41,250 bases of DNA from a virus (lineage: Duplodnaviria; Caudoviricetes), in IMG/VR virus record IMGVR_UViG_3300017913_000707, positions 1-41,250 of that record; one strand, 5' to 3'. Below the pieces are notes generated by a model, which saw only the letters and a list, made by a program, of their open reading frames with translations, was not told the origin of the DNA and did no database searches. Made by a program: the position numbers and the translations under genes. This document shows, piece after piece, positions 1 through 7,390 of this stretch (position 1 is its first letter; the number at the start of each line of letters is the position of its first letter).

Positions 1-276
1 ATGGGTCAAGATGGGCCTGCGTGTGTCTGCGATACCGATGGAGACATGGTTGTAGATATTATCGACTTTGCAAACTTCTTGCAAGTGTACGGAACCGACT
101 GCGAGGGGAACAACCTCCCCATCCCTACAGTTAGACAACTTGAGGAGTTGAACCTCAACCCCATATATCTCACCATGGAAGGCAAAAGGGTCCCAGCTGG
201 ACCTGTGGCCTTCGGAGCGTATATCGCTCAGTTCGAAGTGAACGGAGTAAAGAACTGGGTGAAGGTAATCCAATAA
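1..276 (+). CDS. C-terminal part (probably 5'-truncated) of a secreted protein with a dockerin/EF-hand-like Ca-binding motif and a T9SS type-A CTD-like tail
   Basis: DTDGDMVVDIIDFANFLQVYG is a dockerin-like DxDxDxxVxxxD loop. The C-terminus IYLTMEGKRV..GAYIAQF..WVKVIQ resembles the T9SS CTD pattern Y-x-x-x-G-K-x-V ... G-x-Y-x-x ... K-x-x. The ATG at base 1 may be internal. Confidence 0.55.
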   Translation: MGQDGPACVCDTDGDMVVDIIDFANFLQVYGTDCEGNNLPIPTVRQLEELNLNPIYLTMEGKRVPAGPVAFGAYIAQFEVNGVKNWVKVIQ

Positions 277-304
277 AGAAAGGGGCTTCGGCCCCTTTTC
301 TTTT
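276..304. terminator. Bidirectional intrinsic terminator between convergent genes
   Basis: AAGAAAGGGGC-TTCG-GCCCCTTTTCTTTT: GC stem with a tetraloop, T-tract on + and A-tract (T-tract on -), lying between the convergent stops at 276 and 303. Confidence 0.9.
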
Positions 305-599
305 ACCCTCTAAGTCTGTCGTTCTCTTTCTCTAGGAACTCAAGCCTTACTTTGTATTCGGCGAGTTCTGTCATCACCGTAGCGAGCCTCTCAGACACTT
401 CGTTCTTCTCTTTGTAGGCCTGCTCCAGCTTGTCCTCAAGGACGGCTACACGCTCCCTCAAATCGTCTCTAAAGAGGGTCTGCTCACCCTTGTCTTCTTT
501 ACGCTCTTGGTGCTTGAGTTTGAGTCTACTCTGGTAGAACTGCCAAGCCCCTGCAGAACCAAGGACGGTTACAATAGTGATGATTGTTTGAGGATCCAT
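303..599 (-). CDS. Single-TM + coiled-coil membrane protein (holin/spanin-like candidate), 98 aa
   Basis: Start reassigned to ATG 599 (TAATG overlap with the upstream stop). MDPQTIITIVTVLGSAGAWQF is hydrophobic and is followed by a heptad-rich charged helix. Confidence 0.6.
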   Translation of the reverse strand: MDPQTIITIVTVLGSAGAWQFYQSRLKLKHQERKEDKGEQTLFRDDLRERVAVLEDKLEQAYKEKNEVSERLATVMTELAEYKVRLEFLEKENDRLRG

Positions 600-982
600 T
601 ATTTCCTGTAAAGCTCTTCGTGAGATACACGATACAAATTCCAGATGCTCATCCCACAGATCAGGATCCACCCCAAGTGTGAGCCTTGCATCATGCCTGC
701 CGTTGTGTAGTTGGCGACAGTAGCGATTGAAATAATAGATGCGATTTGAACCGCTAATTTACGCATAAACAATCTACCGTCCCAGAGAGCACAGTAGACT
801 TGAAATCCGCCAGCCAAGTGAGCTGCGATCTGCAGCAACACCCAAGGCTTACCCAGCTCTAACATAGCGAAGGGTAGGATAGACATGTGAAGCACCCCGA
901 TCATGAGTTCATTGCTCTCGGAGTCCGTGTACTTCATAATAGCTTTGGCGCGAGCCAATCCTTTCTTATCTCTTAGCGGCAT
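599..982 (-). CDS. Multi-pass (about 4 TM) membrane protein, function unknown
   Basis: 127 aa with four hydrophobic segments; TAATG coupling at both ends. Confidence 0.7.
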   Translation of the reverse strand: MPLRDKKGLARAKAIMKYTDSESNELMIGVLHMSILPFAMLELGKPWVLLQIAAHLAGGFQVYCALWDGRLFMRKLAVQIASIISIATVANYTTAGMMQGSHLGWILICGMSIWNLYRVSHEELYRK

Positions 983-1170
983 TACAATTCTGTTTTCTTA
1001 TAACCTGCTCTCTCGAAGAACCACATAGAAGGGCAGAACTTAGCCCACACTCCGAGTTGCAGCATTGCTACCACAAACAATACAACTGCCCAAGACTGAT
1101 ACAACGCAGCCAGCACAAGCACTGACGACATTAAGCAGTAAACCATTCTTATGCTTGTCCATTTTCTCAT
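982..1170 (-). CDS. DUF2892/YgaP-like two-TM membrane protein, 62 aa
   Basis: Start reassigned to MRKWTSIR. Two TM helices are followed by GVWAKFCPSMWFFERAG, the FCP motif typical of DUF2892. Confidence 0.6.
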   Translation of the reverse strand: MRKWTSIRMVYCLMSSVLVLAALYQSWAVVLFVVAMLQLGVWAKFCPSMWFFERAGYKKTEL

Positions 1171-1226
1171 AGGTATTTGTGATATTCCATGAATGCCCAC
1201 ACGATTTTCTTCCAGATCAACTTCAT
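1167..1226 (-). CDS. Unannotated 19-aa amphipathic micropeptide MKLIWKKIVWAFMEYHKYL
   Basis: Fills the gap exactly, with ATGA overlaps to both the upstream stop (1223-1225) and the downstream start (1168-1170). Confidence 0.6.
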   Translation of the reverse strand: MKLIWKKIVWAFMEYHKYL

Positions 1227-2536
1227 CTCTTTGTTCTAAATCCTACTGGTGACTCCTTTACTGTGCGAAGCATACCCCCATACTTAAACTCACCCTTCCC
1301 GATTGTCTTGATCATGTCGAAGTGTGGCATCAGGATTTGATTCCCTGAAACCTCAGTCCGAGGAAGACCCAAGGATTGAAGCTTTGCATCAATCTTAGAT
1401 TTAATCTGAGCCACCTCGTCTGCAGATCCACTTACACTACCCTCAACAATGTCTACCTGACGTGGTTCGATTCCAAATGTCTTGGCAAATGCCTGTGGTG
1501 TTTGTCCTAACTCATTGAGTTTCAGGAACTCAACGTCGCTCAAGTCAGGCTTTGCTTTACCCTTCTCAATGTAGCTCAAGGGGAATACGTATGAGTCAGT
1601 GCTCAGATCATTGACGCTACCGAACTTTACTCTACCGCCCTTGGGGACTTGCTTGATCGTCTCAGCAAGAAGCAGTCCCTTGGTTCTAGGGTTGACGTTT
1701 TCTTCAAGGATAGCAACAAGCGTGAATTCATTAGGCTGGTTTTCAACCAGTGAGATGTAGTCAGCAGACCCATCCATCCTGTATCCAATACCATCGGGTG
1801 TAATCTCTACCTTGAAGTCTCCTATCTGTGATCTCGGTGTCGTTGACTTTTGTGTTGCAGCCTTTGTAGCTTGCTTGAAGTCGGAGGATCTGAGGAAGTT
1901 TGAAGTCTCGTAGAGTCTGTTTACCTCCTCCCTGCTAAAGTCTGGGAAGTTTAGCAGTCCCTCAGCCATTTCTTCTAGACCGTTAGCCATTTCTTTTCTC
2001 GCGTCAGCGCTCATTTGAGCAAGCTCAGGAACGTTAGTAGAGATAAGCTCGTCGGCACCGCCGCTCGCGTCATCAACCACATTAAGAATCTTCTCAAGGC
2101 TGTTGATCTGATTAGGTCTTACAAAGCTTGGCAAGAACTCCTTGATGGTATCGAGGTTGCCCGGAACAAATGCCAAGCCTGCTGCCATAGCTAGCTCAGC
2201 TCCACTACCTGCACCAGCCATAGCCTGAATGTCCCCCACTGGTGATAACGTCTCTGCGATAGGGGCGAAAGATTCTATGCCCTGCTTCTTTGTCGGGTCA
2301 AACTCGGGATACTCTTGACCAAAGAATGTCTGCATCCCCGCTCTGCTTTGATCAAGCATAGCTTCCTCAGCAGAGGTGTAGATGGGTGGCTGCATATCCA
2401 CGCGAGTGGAAGAAGCTGGAGCTGGTGACGGCTGAGGCATGCGCTCTTGCACTGTCTGATTCATTTGCTGACGCTCAAGCATCTTGAGCAAGTCGGCAGT
2501 CCTGCCACCCTCCTGATATCTTCTTCTTAATCTCAT
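1223..2536 (-). CDS. Putative virion cargo protein (xxGG-tagged; pre-toxin-TG-like segment plus variable C-terminal domain), 437 aa
   Basis: N-terminal MRLRRRYQEGG and C-terminal FKYGGM. Central LSPVGDIQAMAGAGSGAELAMAAGLAFVPG is Gly/Ala-rich and hydrophobic. Confidence 0.45.
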   Translation of the reverse strand: MRLRRRYQEGGRTADLLKMLERQQMNQTVQERMPQPSPAPASSTRVDMQPPIYTSAEEAMLDQSRAGMQTFFGQEYPEFDPTKKQGIESFAPIAETLSPVGDIQAMAGAGSGAELAMAAGLAFVPGNLDTIKEFLPSFVRPNQINSLEKILNVVDDASGGADELISTNVPELAQMSADARKEMANGLEEMAEGLLNFPDFSREEVNRLYETSNFLRSSDFKQATKAATQKSTTPRSQIGDFKVEITPDGIGYRMDGSADYISLVENQPNEFTLVAILEENVNPRTKGLLLAETIKQVPKGGRVKFGSVNDLSTDSYVFPLSYIEKGKAKPDLSDVEFLKLNELGQTPQAFAKTFGIEPRQVDIVEGSVSGSADEVAQIKSKIDAKLQSLGLPRTEVSGNQILMPHFDMIKTIGKGEFKYGGMLRTVKESPVGFRTKR

Positions 2537-2970
2537 TTTCTAGCCTTCTCGATGGTTCTACCAGCGAAGTATGCACCAAATGCTGTTAGCATAAGTATCT
2601 CCAACAAAGATACGTAACTGTCTTTTACGTTAAATGGCAGCTCATCTAAGCTGTCTAACACCATGGTAATCATGAACATGGACATCAAAGCTATAAGCGT
2701 TACAGGACGAATCAGTTTCGCCAGCTTGACATCGCTACCCATATCTGCTTTCCATCTCTCAGTAACGTTTGCTTGGTAAGCAACCTCTGCATCTACGCGT
2801 GCCTTGATCTCTGCGGGGTCAAGCTCTGTTGTGTTCTCCAACAGACTCTTCACCACACCGAGGGCTCCTCGATCTGGAAGCAAGTCCCCAGCTACGTCGA
2901 GAACAGAAGGGGCTTTCTCTTTCAACCAAGCACCAAGGCCAGTGTCTTTAATTTTCTTTTCCTCTTTCAT
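2533..2970 (-). CDS. Holin, GTA/3TM-holin family
   Basis: RWKADMGSDVKLAKLIRP motif followed by TM helices and FGAYFAGRTIEK, characteristic of the 3-TM holin family. Confidence 0.8.
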   Translation of the reverse strand: MKEEKKIKDTGLGAWLKEKAPSVLDVAGDLLPDRGALGVVKSLLENTTELDPAEIKARVDAEVAYQANVTERWKADMGSDVKLAKLIRPVTLIALMSMFMITMVLDSLDELPFNVKDSYVSLLEILMLTAFGAYFAGRTIEKARK

Positions 2971-5900
2971 CGTCTAGGTCTTTCAGGTTTGGGAGGAGTG
3001 ATGGGTCTGTATCGACCAGCAAAGATCCCCTCTGCTTGTTTCTTGCTCACCCGTGTGTACTTCTGAATCGTCTGGATGATGTCTTTCTTACTTACTCCAA
3101 GTCTGTTAGCAGACATTGCGAACTCATGCATCTCCTCTTGAATCTCTCTGTACGCATCGCGAGCCTGACCGAAATCCTTGTATTTCAGTGAGTTAGCTTG
3201 ATACAGCCTGTCTTTATATTTTATCATAGTGAATCCAAGCTGCTGATTGATATCAACATTGTATGGTTTAAAACCTGTGAGCTGACCACCAATCTCTTCT
3301 TTACTTCCTCCTGAGTTGTAAATCTTGCGAAGGGATGTGAATGTTCCGGGCTCAATCACCTCGTACATATACGACATGATGTCCTGCATCTGCTGAGTCT
3401 CAGGAGATTCTGGGTTGTATATGGGCTTTCCGTAGTCGTTGACGTTTCTGCTAAGGTTAATGAATCTTCTAGTCAAGATCTCTTCTCCGAGGAATGGCTC
3501 GATCACAGTAAACAAACCCTTGGCAAATGAGTCAACACCGTCTTCACCCCTCATAAATGAGTTGGCAATCTTGTCGAAGTGACCGTATGGGTCTGACGCA
3601 GATATATCAATGTAAGAAAACTTACCATCACCAAGATCGTATGGTATCACTCTTGAGTTCTGACTCCATGGAGCCATGAACTTGCGGAGGTCGTTCTGTC
3701 TCTGATCCTCACCTTCATCATCCATGCCCTTGCCAATAACCCCCATAACGCCCGCACCAACTGCTTTTCCGTATATTCCTGTTACCGCAGCCTTTGCTGA
3801 GGCGTAGCTCGCAGCACCTGCAAGTCTTTGCGCTCCAATCTTTCTGATCTCAGGATTGTCCGACTTGATTTCTGAAATGCCCTGAGCCATAGTATTCCAA
3901 GCAACCCTGTATGATTCGGCTTGGAAAGACACGAAGTTCCCCATGAATGGGAATCGACGAATCATCTGAATCGCCTCAGGCACACGGCTGTATGTCGGGT
4001 AGGTATTCTTCACTACCTCAGCCACGTAAGCATCAAGCTCAGCCGCCTGTTCTGTAGTCAGTTGGTCTGCCTCCACACCAAACTGAGCTTTGGCGTAACG
4101 GTTTCTCTCGTTCTCAAAGGCGACAATCTTAAAGAAGTCATCTTCTGCTTGATACAGATTCTCAATCTTCTTCATTCCCACCCGAGCCTTCCTCAAAATG
4201 TTTTTGCTCTTGCTCAGGTTCTCGTTGTTCATCCTGTTGGCCAAGGCGCTATCCATGTTAGCATCCTTGAACATGTCCCTGATCTCACCGAGTGCAGCAC
4301 TTTGCTTTACAATGCCAAGCTCAATGTACTTATTCATTCGATCCTGAGCAACTTTGTCTCTTGCTCTCTGATCTATTCCAAGAAGCTTACGTGCTTTACT
4401 TTCTATGTAAAGGTCGGCTCTAAGAGTTTTGTATGATTCGTTAAGTTGAGTCAGGTCGTAGTGACCGTTAGCCCACATGAATCCGAGGTTACCCAGAACG
4501 TTCTTAGAGTGCGTACCAACAGATCCAATGGTCTTAGCCCACTTGACAGCACCAATAGCTTTCATGTACTTCTTCATGAAGCCAGACATTTGCTCTGGCA
4601 CCTTGTTGAACTCGGCTGCAATCTCAGGCGTGGTGTACATCCCGTTGAGTGGAGCCATAGCCTCGCTACCCTCTGATGCAATCTGAACTGAGTTCCTTCC
4701 TGTTGGCTTTTCAAACAACCAAACACCCTTCCCGCTTTCCTTGACGTTGTTCAGGAACTTAGCCCCTTCTGCTGTCTGAGCCATCTTCAATACCGAAGCC
4801 GCATAGTTCTGTGCAGGGTCTGTATATTCACCCATAAGAGCTAGGATCTCCTTAGGGATGTCCTTTCTCTGCTTGAGAATGTTTGTGTTCTTTGTATCAC
4901 TGGCAGCAGATGCAAATGCAGCAGCCTCCTGTGGATCAAGGTACTTGTTCATCAAGCCCTCTACTCTTTTCTCCAAGAAAGCTTCGGCATCTAGGCCCTC
5001 GGGGTTGAGATCTGGGTCGAGGTAGTCAGTCATGGCCATCTCCCTGTTCTGCTCTCTCAAGAAGTTGCGAGCCTCGTTCTTAACCTCCTCACTAACCTTG
5101 TTCTTCCAGTCCTTGTTGCTGAACACCTCAAAGGATCTTGTCAGGTACTGACCAAGGTTTCCGATAACCTTGTCTATCTGGGAATCAGGCACTACACCCA
5201 AGTTGATTAGATCAATACTCAATCTATCAATCTGGTTTCTCATCTCTTGAGCCAACCCAGCAAACTCTTCGGGCAGTCTATTCAGTCCCTCTCCACCACG
5301 CAACGCATCGTCGAAGTCAGCAAGCAACTGATTCTGATCTCCCTGATACCCCTTGAAGAGTCTGTTGAACTCTCGGATATTTTGCTGGGCAATGTTGGTT
5401 TGCTTGGAGATGTTGGCTTCTCTCTGCTCACGTGCAGCAAACATACTCTTAGGCATGAAGCTACGAGCTGAGAAGAATCGACGACGGAGTCCGTCAAGCT
5501 TTGATCTGATACCTTCACCCTTTACATACACACCTTCTTCTTGAAGCTTACGTGCGTACTCTTCTGGATTTATCTGAGGCCCTTGAGCGGGGGAAGGCTC
5601 ACTTATTGGTTCCGCTTCAGCTGCTGGCTCCGCTGTTGTCTCTGCTTCAGCTGCTGGCTCTGCCGTAGTATCTGTTTCAGAAACTTCGGGAACAGCTTCA
5701 ACAGGAGTCGTCTCTGCTTCTTTGGTCCTTTCCTTTTCAAGAATGATTCTAATATCATTCTCTACTTGAGTCAGTCTTGTTTGAGCAGCCATCGTGTCTT
5801 TGCCCTTAAGCATCTGACGATCCATCTCCAGATCAATCAATCTAGATCTATCTTCTTCCGAGATATCTTTTGGAAGGTCTTTAGCAATGGCAGCCCTCTT

Positions 5901-7382
5901 CTTCTTGTTCTCAATCTCTGCCTGAAGCTCTGCGTCATTGTTAACCTCGATGTTTACCTGACTGACTTCATCGTCTGACAAGTCCTCCACGAGTTCTGAT
6001 GCCTGCTTCTTGCTTACTGCACCACCATTCACCTTGTAGGTTCCTGCGTCCTGAAGGGCTGCTGAAGCCAAAGTAACAGGAGTACCGATGACACCAACAG
6101 AACCCTCCATCAAGGCCTCGGACACATCCACCTCTTGTCCCGATGCAGCCTGAGCGAGCAGTTCACCAGCTACGCCAGTTCCCGCCTCTCCTGCTGCAGT
6201 TTGAGTTGCGATACGTGCTTGGGTCTTGCCTGCAACCTTAGCCGCTTTAGCCCCCTTTGACAACACAGCACCACCAAAACTGTCCACCAATCCAATAGTC
6301 CCCGATCGAAGTGCAGATCTCTTTCTAAGCTCACGAAGCTTAGACTCATCTTGAAGGATGGGGGCTACGTTCTCGTATGTGAAATCCTTCTCTCCAAGCT
6401 CCTCTCTGAGGAAGTCAACAAATGACATACCCATCTCTACAGTAGCACCAGCCATTCCCATTGCTGGGGTCAAGCTTAAGCCAAGACCAGCAAGAGCTCC
6501 AGCTCCAGAAGTTACTGGGGCAAGTGGACCCCCAACCAACCCTGCAGTAGCTCCAGCCCCTGTCCCAGCAACCACTGTGCCGAGGGCCTTCTCTGCAGAC
6601 GCTCTATTGAGCATGCCCGACGTAGAGCTAAGGAGTGTCTCGGCCATACCCTGAGGGTGCTCGTATGCGGCAGAAAGAAAGCCCCATACACCACCACCAT
6701 TTGCCTCCTTTGTTGCTGCGAAAGACTCGGCCTCATCGGAGACTCCGATCTCTCTCATGCGGTTGTCGTAATCAGTTACTTGATTAACAAGGGCTTGGAT
6801 GTTTTCTTCTGTAGGGCTAACGTCCCCAACAGCCATTGAGAAAGAGAAAGGCACGAGGTCTCCTGTAGCCTGACCCTGACCCCACGCTCTAGCAGCGTCA
6901 TCGAACACATCACCAATACCGGGAATAGCATTCACCATGTCCCCGAACTTACCGTCGAGGTACTGAGTTTCAGCACCTTCCACCTCTACACCTACAATAG
7001 GGAGGGGGGCTAGCGGAAGTCTATCAGCGCTTACTGTAACTGAACCCGAATCTCCACTCGGCTGTTCTTGAGTCTGACTCGTATCTGAGGTAGACTCCGT
7101 AGAAACCTCGTCCGAAACTGGCGCCGAGAGAGGCTGTGCGGTTCTTGCCCCAAATTGAACGGGAGGTAGATCCGCCTTCTCTTTTTTTTTTACGTCGAAG
7201 ATTGTTTCGTAGAACTTATCCTCGGCGATATTGGTGCTGATCACATCGTTCTCGATCAGAAAACCATACAACTGCTTCTGCTTCTCGGGTCTTGAGAAGT
7301 TGGTTGTAAAATCGTCGTATGATTTAGAGATGAGATCTCTCTCAACCATAAGATCGTATAGCTGCTTATGCTTTTCGTTCAT
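2967..7382 (-). CDS. Large internal virion/DNA-ejection protein, 1471 aa
   Basis: Last and largest of three genes after the tail module. Has a duplicated N-terminal KQLY motif, Gly/Ala-rich membrane-like segments (about aa 265-445), a Pro/Glu linker and a helical C-terminal region with PTYSRVP..IRRFPFMGNFVSF. No DxDxD RNAP motif seen. Confidence 0.65.
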   Translation of the reverse strand: MNEKHKQLYDLMVERDLISKSYDDFTTNFSRPEKQKQLYGFLIENDVISTNIAEDKFYETIFDVKKKEKADLPPVQFGARTAQPLSAPVSDEVSTESTSDTSQTQEQPSGDSGSVTVSADRLPLAPLPIVGVEVEGAETQYLDGKFGDMVNAIPGIGDVFDDAARAWGQGQATGDLVPFSFSMAVGDVSPTEENIQALVNQVTDYDNRMREIGVSDEAESFAATKEANGGGVWGFLSAAYEHPQGMAETLLSSTSGMLNRASAEKALGTVVAGTGAGATAGLVGGPLAPVTSGAGALAGLGLSLTPAMGMAGATVEMGMSFVDFLREELGEKDFTYENVAPILQDESKLRELRKRSALRSGTIGLVDSFGGAVLSKGAKAAKVAGKTQARIATQTAAGEAGTGVAGELLAQAASGQEVDVSEALMEGSVGVIGTPVTLASAALQDAGTYKVNGGAVSKKQASELVEDLSDDEVSQVNIEVNNDAELQAEIENKKKRAAIAKDLPKDISEEDRSRLIDLEMDRQMLKGKDTMAAQTRLTQVENDIRIILEKERTKEAETTPVEAVPEVSETDTTAEPAAEAETTAEPAAEAEPISEPSPAQGPQINPEEYARKLQEEGVYVKGEGIRSKLDGLRRRFFSARSFMPKSMFAAREQREANISKQTNIAQQNIREFNRLFKGYQGDQNQLLADFDDALRGGEGLNRLPEEFAGLAQEMRNQIDRLSIDLINLGVVPDSQIDKVIGNLGQYLTRSFEVFSNKDWKNKVSEEVKNEARNFLREQNREMAMTDYLDPDLNPEGLDAEAFLEKRVEGLMNKYLDPQEAAAFASAASDTKNTNILKQRKDIPKEILALMGEYTDPAQNYAASVLKMAQTAEGAKFLNNVKESGKGVWLFEKPTGRNSVQIASEGSEAMAPLNGMYTTPEIAAEFNKVPEQMSGFMKKYMKAIGAVKWAKTIGSVGTHSKNVLGNLGFMWANGHYDLTQLNESYKTLRADLYIESKARKLLGIDQRARDKVAQDRMNKYIELGIVKQSAALGEIRDMFKDANMDSALANRMNNENLSKSKNILRKARVGMKKIENLYQAEDDFFKIVAFENERNRYAKAQFGVEADQLTTEQAAELDAYVAEVVKNTYPTYSRVPEAIQMIRRFPFMGNFVSFQAESYRVAWNTMAQGISEIKSDNPEIRKIGAQRLAGAASYASAKAAVTGIYGKAVGAGVMGVIGKGMDDEGEDQRQNDLRKFMAPWSQNSRVIPYDLGDGKFSYIDISASDPYGHFDKIANSFMRGEDGVDSFAKGLFTVIEPFLGEEILTRRFINLSRNVNDYGKPIYNPESPETQQMQDIMSYMYEVIEPGTFTSLRKIYNSGGSKEEIGGQLTGFKPYNVDINQQLGFTMIKYKDRLYQANSLKYKDFGQARDAYREIQEEMHEFAMSANRLGVSKKDIIQTIQKYTRVSKKQAEGIFAGRYRPITPPKPERPRR
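5611..5669 (-). repeat. 30-bp tandem repeat encoding (TTAEPAAEAE)x2 linker
   Basis: gcttcagctgctggctc at 5614-5630 and 5644-5660. Confidence 0.85.
7024..7191 (-). other. A10 slippery run (7182-7191) and overlapping -1-frame coding segment of 52 aa
   Basis: GTA AAA AAA AAA GAG. The -1 frame reads REGGSTSRSIWGKNRTASLGASFGRGFYGVYLRYESDSRTAEWRFGFSYSKR-stop (TGA 7024-7026) and has no start codon of its own. Confidence 0.55.
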
Positions 7383-7390
7383 TCGAATTG

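Noticed and set aside
600-671. ORF-track upstream extensions (starts at 671, 1200, 10089, 20268, 27926, 38603, 40095)
   Set aside because: Downstream ATGs fit stop-start overlaps, promoter positions or reduced overlap better; starts were reassigned.
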